A stretch of 64,000 nt of DNA from an uncultured Chlamydiales bacterium (GTDB lineage: Bacteria; Chlamydiota; Chlamydiia; Chlamydiales; Rhabdochlamydiaceae), in NCBI GenBank assembly GCA_963700985.1, contig OY969554.1:1504001-1568000 (forward strand), in the 5' to 3' direction. The translations under genes were made by a program, and so were the position numbers. Each line of letters starts with the position of its first letter. Positions within the stretch are counted from its first letter, which is position 1. Below, in pieces: positions 1-9,831 of the stretch. Below the pieces are notes generated by a model. The model saw only the letters and a list, made by a program, of their open reading frames with translations, was not told where the DNA came from and searched no databases.

Positions 1-897
1 GCTGATCTCTGAGAGCGCACTATATAAGGTGGTAGTCTTTCCGCTTCCGGTGGGGCCTGTAACTAAGACAATTCCTTCACTTAGGGTGATCTGCTTGCTG
101 AAAATCTCGAGAATCTCATCGCGCATACCGATCTTATTTACGCCTAGGATTACATTGCTTTTATCTAGAATACGCAGCACGATCCGCTCACCGAAAACTA
201 CTGGGACGGTACTCACACGAAAATCGATCTGCCGTCCGCCCATCTTTAGCTTTATCCGTCCATCCTGGGGCAGGCGCTGCTCGGCGATATCGAGCCTGGC
301 CATAACCTTAATACGGGTGATGATCTGCGATTGATATTCTCTAGGCGGCGCATGGCGCATCTGCAGCACACCATCGATGCGATAACGTACACCCAGGCCA
401 TTTTCCAAAGGTTCGAAGTGGATATCTGAAGCGCCTTGGCCAATCGCTTCTTGAAGCATGGCATTCAGCATACGGATCACGGGCGAATCCCCCTGCTGCT
501 CGAGCAGGTCATACCCTTCCGTTTCTATGCTCTCATCTTTTACAACCCCACCCTGAAGACTGGCGATTAGATCTGAGGCTTCATTTTCTTTTTGGTGATA
601 GCAGCTCTCAATGGCTTCTTCAATCGCTGTTCTAGGCGCGAGCAATTCTTCTATGGTTTTTCCCAGCAAAATACGCGCCTCTTCAAGCGCTTCTAAATCA
701 AGCGGGTCGCTTGTGGCGATGAGAATAAGCCCATCTTTTTCTGCTAAGGGTAAAAGGAGCGTTCGTTTCACGAACGCATAAGGAAGAAGCGAGCGCCTTT
801 CTTGGACAAATGGAAATGCAGAAAGATCGGAGCTATATTCAACTCCAAAACGTTCTGCCCACTTAACTTGTTCATCCCATGTTACTTCTAAACTCAT
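1..897 (-). CDS. gspE: Type II secretion ATPase GspE/PulE (5' part; runs off window start; missing from ORF track)
   Basis: Manual translation from ATG at 897, overlapping the gspD stop: MSLEVTWDEQ...ASDIHFEP...VRYRIDGVL...RIKVMARLDIAEQRLPQDGRI...GPTGSGKTTTLY (Walker A). Confidence 0.95.
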   Translation of the reverse strand, partial: MSLEVTWDEQVKWAERFGVEYSSDLSAFPFVQERRSLLPYAFVKRTLLLPLAEKDGLILIATSDPLDLEALEEARILLGKTIEELLAPRTAIEEAIESCYHQKENEASDLIASLQGGVVKDESIETEGYDLLEQQGDSPVIRMLNAMLQEAIGQGASDIHFEPLENGLGVRYRIDGVLQMRHAPPREYQSQIITRIKVMARLDIAEQRLPQDGRIKLKMGGRQIDFRVSTVPVVFGERIVLRILDKSNVILGVNKIGMRDEILEIFSKQITLSEGIVLVTGPTGSGKTTTLYSALSEIS

Positions 898-3227
898 CTG
901 CTATTGGTAAAAAAAGTCTTCATGCTCTCTCTGAAGAATTTCTTTTTCTCCTTGTTGCGCGCTTCGACCATTTTATCCAAAAATTCTGGCACATCTCCAG
1001 CACGCTTTTTAAGCTCTTCGGTGCGGAACTGGTCGAGCTCATCTTTAGGATCTAAGATAATTTTAGGCGTAATGAAGAAGAACATTTCCGTGCTGTGATC
1101 GATAAGTTTTGTCGATCCAAAAAGCCGGCCTAAAACGGGGATAAACCCAAAGAAAGGAATCTTCTCTTCAGTATCGAGGCTAGATTTACGACGAAGGCCA
1201 CCGATAATTACCGTCTGGCCATCCACTACGCGGACCTCGTTCTGAATGTGTCTTTTATCAACAAGCGGACGATCATCAGGGCTAGGCTTTGTGGTATCAA
1301 ATGTAATATCCGTTTGCATGGTCACAAATCCTTTACCCTCGCTCGCATCTTCATCGTCATCGGGCAGGTGAACAGTGGGCGTCAAAACAATGGTAATTCC
1401 ATATTGGGCACGTGTGAACGACTTCTCAAATGCAATTCCCTTGTTTGTATCGATTGGAGCTGCGCCATTATTAATGGAGATCTCCTCAGTAATCGCGATC
1501 GTCGCAGGTGTCTGATTAACAGTTGTAAGCGATGGAGCTGCGTTTAGCTGGATATCTTCTTGGGTCATCAAAAAGTTATAGGCAAAGTCGAATGCGGGAA
1601 AATGCTTCGAGCTGCCTCCGCTGAAAAAGAAATCGAGCACGCCTCTTCCTATCGGGGCATTTGTCGATGTGAATTTGACATGGTTGGACTTGCTTCCTAA
1701 TTTTAATAAGTTAAGCCCATAGCTGTTGTTGTTGTTCAACCGCTTTTCAAAAAGCATCACCTCGATCTGCACCATCTTTTTCGGCACGTCGAGTTTACGC
1801 AAGAGTTCTTTGACTTTCGACAACGCGTCTCTGCGCACCACCATCAAAATTGTGCCGGTTTTTGGGTCGGGAATAAAGTGATCGGAACCCGCCTGTTCAT
1901 ATTCAATTTGTGAAGTCACCGTAGGCCTTGCCGGTGGAGGTGGATTGGCCGGGCCATTTGGAGCTGGGGCATAACCATCAGGAGGCCTGATGGCCGGAGC
2001 ATGCATGGAATAGTTAACTTCGTAATTTTCGCCTTCGCCTTCTGGCGCTGCATAGAGAAGCGATGTGTAAACCTTGTCTAACACTTTTGCTAGCTCAGAT
2101 GGATCGCTATGTCTACAAGCGTATAAAAAGACGGTCATTTCTGAAGGATCTTGCAGCTGATCTTCGGTTTCTTTGATGATCTTTTCAGCACGATCAACTA
2201 CGGCTTGTGAACCAACCAAAATAAGTGCTCTTCCTTGAGTGAGCGGGTGCACCGTTAGGCCATCACCTTCGATCTTTCCAAAAGGATTACGCGCTTTATC
2301 CAAAGAATCGGCGAAGAAAGAGTTAAGGATTTTTTCCATCTCTTTGACACTCATTTTTGAGATTGGAATGACGCGTGAGACCTTTCCTTTGTGTCCATCC
2401 CAAACGGTGTTATAAAGAGAGAGCATCCGCTCTACTTCTTCTTTTGAAGAGACGATGGCAATTTTGCTACCGAGCTGATAGACAAAACTCTGTTTGACAT
2501 CTGCAAATTTTTCTAAAAATTGGAAGACACTTTTAGCTTGTTCCACAGGAGGCGAAAGCAAGTAAAAGACGCGTGCATGTGAAGCGATACGCTGCAAATC
2601 GTCAGCGTTAGCTGCAATATTTTTTACGGAGGAGGGATCTTGCTTAAGTAAAAAGAGCTGTTTGGCATACGGATTGAGTTTTTTTACGCCGATGCCATTG
2701 TGCGACAAGATAATTTCAAGCACCTCATTCCAAGACTCGCGTGGAATCGGAATGTTTGAATGCATATTGAGTTTCAAAGAAGCCATTTCTGGGGGAACGA
2801 CATAGAGGTAATCCATCGCGCCGTATTCCATAATGAGCTGACCCAGCGTCGTCTCTTCTTGATCCCAAAGCGCATAACCCTCTTCTTCGTTCTTAGCATC
2901 GGCCACTGCCGCCTCTCGCCACTTTTCCTGGAGAGTAAGCATCCGGACTTTTAAACCACTTACATGCGAAAGCAGGATTGCATACTCTTCAGCATGCGCT
3001 TCCTTGTTATAGAGCTCCGCCGCTTTGACATAACACTCTTCTAACTCGCTGCGTAAAGAAACCATCTCATGGTTGACATTTTGCAACAGCTGATCAGTAG
3101 CGCCAGCTGAGCCTTCTTTTTTCTGGATACTTTGAGCTTTCTTTTCTTCAATACTCGCAGAAAAAACGCTCGATGAGAAAGCGCATAACAGAGCGACAGT
3201 CGTCCAAATTTTTAGATTTGCATTCAT
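894..3227 (-). CDS. gspD: Type II secretion secretin GspD (chlamydial type with N-terminal coiled-coil extension)
   Basis: Signal peptide; LLRKLDVPKKMVQIEV, VRVVDGQTVIIGGL, KIPFFGFIPVLGRLF and FFITPKII secretin motifs; directly upstream of gspE. Confidence 0.95.
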   Translation of the reverse strand: MNANLKIWTTVALLCAFSSSVFSASIEEKKAQSIQKKEGSAGATDQLLQNVNHEMVSLRSELEECYVKAAELYNKEAHAEEYAILLSHVSGLKVRMLTLQEKWREAAVADAKNEEEGYALWDQEETTLGQLIMEYGAMDYLYVVPPEMASLKLNMHSNIPIPRESWNEVLEIILSHNGIGVKKLNPYAKQLFLLKQDPSSVKNIAANADDLQRIASHARVFYLLSPPVEQAKSVFQFLEKFADVKQSFVYQLGSKIAIVSSKEEVERMLSLYNTVWDGHKGKVSRVIPISKMSVKEMEKILNSFFADSLDKARNPFGKIEGDGLTVHPLTQGRALILVGSQAVVDRAEKIIKETEDQLQDPSEMTVFLYACRHSDPSELAKVLDKVYTSLLYAAPEGEGENYEVNYSMHAPAIRPPDGYAPAPNGPANPPPPARPTVTSQIEYEQAGSDHFIPDPKTGTILMVVRRDALSKVKELLRKLDVPKKMVQIEVMLFEKRLNNNNSYGLNLLKLGSKSNHVKFTSTNAPIGRGVLDFFFSGGSSKHFPAFDFAYNFLMTQEDIQLNAAPSLTTVNQTPATIAITEEISINNGAAPIDTNKGIAFEKSFTRAQYGITIVLTPTVHLPDDDEDASEGKGFVTMQTDITFDTTKPSPDDRPLVDKRHIQNEVRVVDGQTVIIGGLRRKSSLDTEEKIPFFGFIPVLGRLFGSTKLIDHSTEMFFFITPKIILDPKDELDQFRTEELKKRAGDVPEFLDKMVEARNKEKKKFFRESMKTFFTNSR

Positions 3228-4507
3228 CGCTTACCCTTACGCTCTTTAGCTTTACCGGTTTTTTTATCTGGAGAGACGGGAAATGAGATCGTCTGCATCT
3301 GGGCCCGCATTGGATCGAAAAGGTGCCCCTTCATGAGAGTCTTGCCCTGCACAGTCTCTAAGCCGTCAAAAATGAATAATTCGCCTGCCAGCCTATGGTG
3401 AATACAATCTTCAATCTGTTCCGCACGCTTAAGATTGCGCCAACCTGAGGAAGTCTTAAGCAGCCAATCGCCTTCTCTTAGTACTAAACGACGCTTGCCG
3501 GCAATGCAGGTAATTTGGGATCCACTTCTGAGACGAATAGAGGAAAAGAGAGGGGTTGAGTCTTTGCCCGCTGATCGATTAGGAAGAGTGGGAGCGATTT
3601 TCATAGAAAGTTGAAAAAAGCCTGTCTCATCCCAAAGTTCCGCATCAATTCCTCGCGGGGAAGCGGATTTAATTTGAACCACAGGCATTGTAGGGGAAAT
3701 ATCCGCTGAAGTCGTTTGCCGCCATTTTCCATCATCCCAAACCAAAAAATCTCCCGAAGAGACGAAAAAGACCATCTCGCTATCATCTTGTCCAAGCTGA
3801 ATTTTTTCTTTCTCTCTTAGAATGCGGTACTCTTCGCCACCATAAGCCTCTATGAGACGATCTTTTCCCCAATGCTTAGTATCTCGCATAATTTTTACGT
3901 AAGCGGCTCCCTCTTTTTGTGAAAGAGACATCGATTTCTGTTTAGCATCAGGCGCGAGTGAAAGCACAAGTTGGTTTCTCTCTTCTTTCTGTTCAATTTC
4001 AAGAAAGCGATAAACTTCAAATGTCACGCTCTGCCGATTCATCGAAAGCGGCTTAACCCATAGAGAAGTTGCACTACTGCTAAAACGCACGCCTCTTTTA
4101 CCCTCTTTTTCCTTGTCGAGCTCAGTGAGATAAATTGTTTCGTCGAGCTTAACACATTTCTCTTCTCCTGTCGCCTTTGTTCCTAACAAAAGGCTAGATT
4201 CTACCCGCTGGGCGTCTGGCCGAGTGTTGCGGGCCAGCAGCAAAAGCTCGCTTCCCAGCCTAGGAATAAACTGTGAGGAGCGCGTGGCATTTAGAGACAG
4301 CGCGCCTTGTCCAATTGCCTCATAAGTCCAGTTGGGGGGCATCTTTTTCATGGCTGCTGCCGAGCTTTGTATGGTGAAACTTTCTTCGCCTAGCCTGAAA
4401 AAGAGAAAAATCCCCAAAAAGATCAATGCAACAGCTGGGCAGAGGAGGCGGATCCCCCAATAAAAAAGTTCTTCCAACTTAATCTGATACAGCTGTCCGA
4501 TGATCAT
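3224..4507 (-). CDS. Conserved chlamydial membrane-anchored protein upstream of gspD (CT573-like; possible GspC-position component)
   Basis: One N-terminal TM helix then a soluble domain; stop overlaps gspD ATG; start uncertain (ATG 4507 or TTG 4546). Confidence 0.7.
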   Translation of the reverse strand: MIIGQLYQIKLEELFYWGIRLLCPAVALIFLGIFLFFRLGEESFTIQSSAAAMKKMPPNWTYEAIGQGALSLNATRSSQFIPRLGSELLLLARNTRPDAQRVESSLLLGTKATGEEKCVKLDETIYLTELDKEKEGKRGVRFSSSATSLWVKPLSMNRQSVTFEVYRFLEIEQKEERNQLVLSLAPDAKQKSMSLSQKEGAAYVKIMRDTKHWGKDRLIEAYGGEEYRILREKEKIQLGQDDSEMVFFVSSGDFLVWDDGKWRQTTSADISPTMPVVQIKSASPRGIDAELWDETGFFQLSMKIAPTLPNRSAGKDSTPLFSSIRLRSGSQITCIAGKRRLVLREGDWLLKTSSGWRNLKRAEQIEDCIHHRLAGELFIFDGLETVQGKTLMKGHLFDPMRAQMQTISFPVSPDKKTGKAKERKGKR

Positions 4508-4613
4508 ATTTTGTAAGAAGTCTAGGCTTTTTGAAAAAAAAGGCAAAGAGAAAGAGCGCTTTGTGAAAGGAACTATTGCGGAAAATTATACTTAATACTT
4601 AAATCCAAAATTA

Positions 4614-4683
4614 AGAAGCCGTCTTAAAACCATGATCTTTTAGAGAAAAGATCGAAGATCTGGTTTTTAAGACCGCTTCTAAG
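4614..4683. repeat. Intergenic palindromic (REP/RPE-like) element
   Basis: AGAAGCCGTCTTAAAACCA...TGGTTTTTAAGACCGCTTCT arms enclosing inner hairpin GATCTTTT-AGAG-AAAAGATC. Confidence 0.75.
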
Positions 4684-4705
4684 AACTTGTTACAGAGTAT
4701 ATGTT

Positions 4706-5089
4706 ATGGATGAGAAAAAGAACGAAGGAGTTTCTGTGAAAGAAATAGAGCTGTTTGCAAAAAAACACCGTATCGAGGTTGTATTTTGCCTCTCATTTAT
4801 CATTGCCTGCTTTTTTAGCTTTGTCTTTTTTGGCACAGCTTGGGCGCTGATATTTGCTACCATTGGCGGAATCTTAGGCGTAATTTTCCCAGCTAAGATG
4901 GAAAGTATTATTAGCAAAGGACTTCAATTCGTTTTTAAACAAGAGCCAACAGTTCAGCTGGTTTTGGCTATTGTTAAAATAATCTTATCGATCTTCCTGC
5001 CTCCGCTGATTTTCTTATCTTTGGGTTTAATGGGCGGTCTAAGCCTCCATCACCTAAGCACGAGCATCAGTTCTCAGCCCAAAGGTTGA
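4706..5089 (+). CDS. Small integral membrane protein, hypothetical
   Basis: 127 aa with 3-4 hydrophobic helices; fills the gap between divergent and convergent genes. Confidence 0.75.
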   Translation: MDEKKNEGVSVKEIELFAKKHRIEVVFCLSFIIACFFSFVFFGTAWALIFATIGGILGVIFPAKMESIISKGLQFVFKQEPTVQLVLAIVKIILSIFLPPLIFLSLGLMGGLSLHHLSTSISSQPKG

Positions 5090-5755
5090 TAGGACTTTTA
5101 GACGAGCCTGGATGAAATCCAGAAGAGAGAGGTCCTCTTTCTGAAAACAACTCAGAAGGAGAGCCCACTCTCGCGGGTCTCTTTTGCCCTCTTGGATAAG
5201 CTCCTGCCAGCCGGCAAACTCTTCTTGGGGATTTCCCAAACGCATTTCCAAAAAAGCAATTCGGAGCAGATTGAAGTGATAGAGCAGAGAGCTTCTCTCT
5301 TCTGTCTTTTGCTGCAGCTTAATCTTAAGTTCTTTGGCTTCCATTAATGCATGAGCATAGTCGCCCTTGGAAATCATTAGGCTATTTTTAGCAAAACGCA
5401 CATGTGCAGGGGCTAATTCCTGAATGCGCTTAAGTCCACGTTCGCTTAATGCAACTGCATTTTGAGATTCATGGACGTCGATAAAGCGTTGAGCGACCTT
5501 TCCGCCTACTTTTCCTTCTAAATCTGGGTTTTTCTTTAAGGCTGCTAGTGCTTGATTTAGCAATTCAGGCGTTGGATTGGCAGTTGTAAAGAGCTGCTCG
5601 CAGGTCTCGTGTGCAGTTAGATAATCGCTGTCAGTAGGCCGCTCTGATCTTCCCATTAGCTGAAAACCTATAAAAAGCAGCACAAAAAGCAGACCCACAC
5701 CCATGAGAACCTTCTTCCCATGCTCTACCATCCACAACGTCCAACCATTTCCCAT
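5054..5755 (-). CDS. Membrane-anchored helical (TPR-like) hypothetical protein
   Basis: N-terminal TM segment, helical periplasmic part; AGGGAG RBS upstream; co-oriented with GT4 and mutY. Confidence 0.75.
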   Translation of the reverse strand: MGNGWTLWMVEHGKKVLMGVGLLFVLLFIGFQLMGRSERPTDSDYLTAHETCEQLFTTANPTPELLNQALAALKKNPDLEGKVGGKVAQRFIDVHESQNAVALSERGLKRIQELAPAHVRFAKNSLMISKGDYAHALMEAKELKIKLQQKTEERSSLLYHFNLLRIAFLEMRLGNPQEEFAGWQELIQEGKRDPREWALLLSCFQKEDLSLLDFIQARLKVLSTFGLRTDARA

Positions 5756-5782
5756 AATATTCTCCCTAAAAAGAAACTATAG

Positions 5783-6880
5783 TCACAAATCAGAAACTTT
5801 GAGAGAAGTGTAAATTTTTTCCATACGCTCTAGCATAGAAGAAAAAGTGAATTTTTCTAGAGCCAGGTGGTGAGCCTCTTGGCCATATTGGCTACGCAGG
5901 CCAGAATCACTCGCAAGCTGTTTAACAGCTTTGGCTACCTGATCTGGTGAAAAAGGAGGCACAATCAGGCCCGTTTTCCCATCGAGGCAAACTTCCGGCA
6001 GCCCCCCAATAGGAGTGGTAATTAGCGGCTTTTGCAGATAGGCAGCTTGCAAACTGGCTTGCGAAATTCCTTCATGGGCTGTGCTCAAAAGGGCAAAGAT
6101 ATCCAGCGCGGCAATCGCAGTAAAAGGAGTATCTAAGTGTCCGGTGAAGATCACCCGGTTCTCAAGCCCGAGCTCACGTGCCAGCGGCTTATATTGTTCG
6201 ACATACCCTCCTCCCACGATGACCCACTTGATCTTCGGTTCATCTTTTAGCAGAGCCGCGGCGCGCAAAAAGTCGTTAATTCCCTTCCAAGAGCGGACAA
6301 AACAGACGCTGCCGACTAGACAATCTCCGGGTTGAACGCCGAGACTTTCACGGAATTTTTTTACCGCTTCAGGATCAACACTCAGCTCACTTGGTTCCAT
6401 TCCCGTCGCCACACAGACACATTTTTCCGAGGAAATTTTTGCCTGTTCGATGATCGTTTTAGCTGTAGAAGAGGAGGTCGTCACCACAAAATCTGCCAAA
6501 CTTTTATAGAGGAGCCGGCTATTTAGACCCGCGCGAATAGCCGTCGAGAGATGACGCATACGTAAAACAGGTTTACAACAAAGGCGAGCAGCTATACCAC
6601 CCAGCCATGCATCTAAGGATGAATGTGTTACAATTAAATCGATCTCTTGAGCGCGAATAATTTTGATAAGCTGCCAAATGGCCATGAGGGCCCGAGGTCT
6701 TTTAAACTTCACTTCAAAGACCGAAAAACCCTCCGCTCGAGCCTTCCCCACAAGCCCACCACCTTGGGCCACTGCAAACACACACACGTGCCCGCGACTT
6801 TTCATCCCCACGGATTCGCGTAAAATACGGATCTCTTGGCCGCCCCAACCCGATGAACTTTCAGTGTGTAAGATCCGCAT
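5783..6880 (-). CDS. Glycosyltransferase family 4 (GT-B)
   Basis: MRILHTESSSGWGGQE N-terminus, THSSLD, WKG, EGISQASLQA and GGLPEV motifs. Confidence 0.92.
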   Translation of the reverse strand: MRILHTESSSGWGGQEIRILRESVGMKSRGHVCVFAVAQGGGLVGKARAEGFSVFEVKFKRPRALMAIWQLIKIIRAQEIDLIVTHSSLDAWLGGIAARLCCKPVLRMRHLSTAIRAGLNSRLLYKSLADFVVTTSSSTAKTIIEQAKISSEKCVCVATGMEPSELSVDPEAVKKFRESLGVQPGDCLVGSVCFVRSWKGINDFLRAAALLKDEPKIKWVIVGGGYVEQYKPLARELGLENRVIFTGHLDTPFTAIAALDIFALLSTAHEGISQASLQAAYLQKPLITTPIGGLPEVCLDGKTGLIVPPFSPDQVAKAVKQLASDSGLRSQYGQEAHHLALEKFTFSSMLERMEKIYTSLKVSDL

Positions 6881-7910
6881 AAGATAATTCCGTTATTATT
6901 CGCCTATGTCCTGAGGAAAAAGGTAACGAAGCGAGATTTTCACGCTCCACCCACTCATAATTTTCTACCGGCACTTCCGTTTTTGCCAGCCAGAAAGAAG
7001 GATATAGCGTGGCACGATAACGTGTAAAGGTATGCTGCACTTCAGGCAGGCGTTTAGAAAAGCGGGCAGGGATTTTTAGCTCCTGGCAAATTTTTTCTTC
7101 TAAGGCTTCTAATTCAGGTTCGTCATTGAACTCCGCATAGGGAAATTCATATAGATCAGCCATGACTTTTCTGCCGCCTACGCGACTAACTAAAAGCTTA
7201 TTTTCAAGCGAAATAAGAGCAACCGCTCGCTTTAATAGCGTAACTTTTGGTCGTGCTCGCATTTTTGGCAAAAGATGCGTTTTCCGGTGAAGATAGGCAA
7301 GGCAGCTAGCTTTTAGAGGGCACGTATCGCAGATTGGGCTTTTGCGGCAGATTTGGGCGCCGAGTTCAATTAGCCCTTCCATTACGACCCATGGCTGCTC
7401 ATCAGGAAGGATCGATTCGGTTAGTTCCGTGATCTGCTTTTTGGCTTTATCTATCTCTTTTTCAACGGCAAAATAACGCGAAAGGACGCGCAGCACATTG
7501 CCGTCCACCGCTGCTGCTTTCTGATGAAAAGCAAAGCTTAAAATAGCACCTCTTGTATAGGGGCCAATGCCCTTAATGCTTGCTAATTCTTCATGAGTTT
7601 GAGGAAGAGTTCCGCCATGTTTGGATAATAACTCTTTAGCGGCTTGATGAAGATAGCGCGCACGCGAATAATAACCCAGCCCTTCCCATAACTTAATCAC
7701 TTCAGAAAGAGGAGCTTCTGCCAAGGCTGCGATTGTAGGGAGTCGCTCCATCCAACGCGTAAAATAGGGCACAACAACGGCGGCTTGCGTCTGCTGAAGC
7801 ATGACTTCCGAAATCCAGACAGCATAAGGAGTGGGGTTTTCCCTCCAGGGAAGCTCCCGCTTTTCTTTCTCAAACCACTCTTTCAACGCAGCACTATCAA
7901 AAAAAGGCAT
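6861..7910 (-). CDS. mutY: A/G-specific adenine glycosylase
   Basis: LPWR, VWISEVMLQQTQ, WEGLGYYSRAR, HhH KGIGPYT, VDGNVLRV and the 4Fe-4S motif C-x6-C-x2-C-x5-C. Confidence 0.97.
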   Translation of the reverse strand: MPFFDSAALKEWFEKEKRELPWRENPTPYAVWISEVMLQQTQAAVVVPYFTRWMERLPTIAALAEAPLSEVIKLWEGLGYYSRARYLHQAAKELLSKHGGTLPQTHEELASIKGIGPYTRGAILSFAFHQKAAAVDGNVLRVLSRYFAVEKEIDKAKKQITELTESILPDEQPWVVMEGLIELGAQICRKSPICDTCPLKASCLAYLHRKTHLLPKMRARPKVTLLKRAVALISLENKLLVSRVGGRKVMADLYEFPYAEFNDEPELEALEEKICQELKIPARFSKRLPEVQHTFTRYRATLYPSFWLAKTEVPVENYEWVERENLASLPFSSGHRRIITELSYADLTH

Positions 7911-8008
7911 CTTTTACCCGGCAGGCTAGGCAATTTTTTCCCTGAGGAAAGAATAGGACGCTAGCCCCAAAAATTTCAAGTCTCGATCAATCAGCCGTTT
8001 AAGTGTGT

Positions 8009-8025
8009 TGGCACACAAAGTGCAT
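8009..8025 (+). promoter_or_regulatory. sigma54 (-24/-12) promoter
   Basis: TGGCAC-ACAAA-GTGCAT with exact GG-N10-GC spacing, about 40 bp upstream of ATG 8064. Confidence 0.65.
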
Positions 8026-8063
8026 ATATATATGCTACCTGCAAAACAAAAGAAGCGTGATTT

Positions 8064-8549
8064 ATGCAAACGAAGTGGACTGACACCCACAATAGCCTGA
8101 TGCTCTCCATGCAAAAAGAGGTGACTCTATTGAGAGATCTTCTGACCAACCTGCATCAAGAAGAGATTTCGCTGCTTATGCATGATCGCGCCACCTGGAA
8201 TCAGCTGAAAGAAGAGCGCGCAAATATCGTTAAACACCTGGAACCCTGCAGACAGGCTAGAGCCGAAGCCACTCAAAAGCTTTCAGGCGATCTAAAAACG
8301 GCAGAAATCTCGATGGAAGAAATTCTCCCTTCTCAGGATGAAAACAGTTGTGAAGTACTCCTGCTGCGCGATCAGATCGTAGCTCTTACTGAAAGAATGA
8401 ATAGGCAGAGCAATCGCAACCAGATTCTCTTTGCACAGGTAGAAAAACGCTTTGATCTTCCCCCTGAATTCAATGCTCATCAGCCCGCCTATGCGCCAAA
8501 AAAGAGCAAGCGCATCTCTGTAACCACCTATCCATTTAAAGAGCCGTGA
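8064..8549 (+). CDS. FlgN-like type III/flagellar export chaperone
   Basis: Helical pattern E..LL..LL..L..E...L...D...W..L..ER..I...L...RQ.R ... MNRQSNRNQIL matches the FlgN family pattern (by eye). Confidence 0.6.
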   Translation: MQTKWTDTHNSLMLSMQKEVTLLRDLLTNLHQEEISLLMHDRATWNQLKEERANIVKHLEPCRQARAEATQKLSGDLKTAEISMEEILPSQDENSCEVLLLRDQIVALTERMNRQSNRNQILFAQVEKRFDLPPEFNAHQPAYAPKKSKRISVTTYPFKEP

Positions 8550-8564
8550 GTTAAATTTCTGCTC

Positions 8565-9611
8565 ATGACATGTGGATTCATTCATGGGCCTTCTGAGCAC
8601 TACCTCGATCATCTGGCTCCTTTGTGTGCACTTTTAGAGCTGCCCCTAGCTGTTTCCGATGCGAATGTTGCCCATCTGGCATCAATATATTATCCGATGG
8701 TGAAAATCGACTTCTATGACCCACATCAGATAGCCTTTGCTCTTGCAGAGCAATTCGATACAATTTTAACTACACTCCCGCGCGCGCTTTTCGATGAGAT
8801 CTTCTTTTTAGCCGAAAAACTTCTGGGAAAACAGATGCAAACTATCTGGTGTCCTCATGGAAATTCAGACAAAGGACATGCCTCGCCATTTATGGAAGCC
8901 TTAGCGCAAGAAACGCGCGCTTTCGTCTACGGGGAAAAGATGGTCGATTTTCTGATCCAAAAAAAAGCGCATGCTCAACTGAAAAACATCATGCGCATTG
9001 GCAATTACCGCTGGAAATTTGTTCAACAGCATCAAGCCTTCTATCGACAAATTGTACAAAAAAAGATCTCTTCTTCCTTCGATCAGAATAATCGCACCAT
9101 ACTCTTTGCTCCCACTTGGGATGATGCAGAAAACTCCTCCTCCTTTTTCGATGCCTGCTCCATTTTGATCGAACAGCTTCCCGATAATTTTAACCTAATC
9201 ATCAAGCCTCATCCGAATCTAAAATGGCAACGTGACGGCCAAGCAGATGACCTGCTTTCAAAATATCAAGACAAACCTAACCAGCGTATCTTATGGGAGT
9301 TCCCTCCGATTTATCCTCTGCTTGAGATTGTAGATATCTACCTGGGCGACATGTCATCAATCGGTTATGATTTTTTGACCTTCAATCGCCCGATGTTCTT
9401 CTTCAATCCTAATCGACGTGATGTCGCCTTGGACGAGGGCCTTTTTCTCTTTCGCTGCGGCATAGAAATTCGGCCAGATGAATACAAAGATATCTACACA
9501 TGCATTGCTAAGGGGTTGCAAGAAGAGCGTAAATTCTCTAAGCTCCGCAATGAGGTCTATCAATACTGCTTTTCTGAGGATGCCTGTGAAGTGCAAAATT
9601 TGCGGTTATAA
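8565..9611 (+). CDS. CDP-glycerol glycerophosphotransferase (TagF/TagB-like) family protein, paralogue 1
   Basis: ILFAPTW, LIIKPHP and DIYLGDMSSIGYDFLTFNRPMFFF motifs; N-terminal CPHGNSDKG. Confidence 0.85.
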   Translation: MTCGFIHGPSEHYLDHLAPLCALLELPLAVSDANVAHLASIYYPMVKIDFYDPHQIAFALAEQFDTILTTLPRALFDEIFFLAEKLLGKQMQTIWCPHGNSDKGHASPFMEALAQETRAFVYGEKMVDFLIQKKAHAQLKNIMRIGNYRWKFVQQHQAFYRQIVQKKISSSFDQNNRTILFAPTWDDAENSSSFFDACSILIEQLPDNFNLIIKPHPNLKWQRDGQADDLLSKYQDKPNQRILWEFPPIYPLLEIVDIYLGDMSSIGYDFLTFNRPMFFFNPNRRDVALDEGLFLFRCGIEIRPDEYKDIYTCIAKGLQEERKFSKLRNEVYQYCFSEDACEVQNLRL

Positions 9612-9651
9612 TTTGGGAAACGAAACAGTCTGCCCATTTTCAGTAGAAAGT

Positions 9652-9831
9652 ATGGGAGAGAGCTTATCTGTGGATGATAGCAAGCTAATGGCCGAGGGAA
9701 AGCTCAGCGACGCCGAGCATCATCTCAAAATGGCACGCTGGATTCTCCATAACCGGCGGCAGCAGCCTATGGAGCTTATAACCTGGTCTAGACAAATCAT
9801 CCATGCAGCGCAAGGACAAGGCTGGGGTTGA
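9652..9831 (+). CDS. Possible 59-aa small protein between the TagF-like genes
   Basis: ATG 9652 to TGA 9831, overlapping the TTG start of the next gene; fills the intergenic gap. Confidence 0.4.
   Translation: MGESLSVDDSKLMAEGKLSDAEHHLKMARWILHNRRQQPMELITWSRQIIHAAQGQGWG

Noticed and set aside
29-464. ORF-track entries 29..334 and 252..464
   Set aside because: Shadow frames of gspE, which is the real gene here
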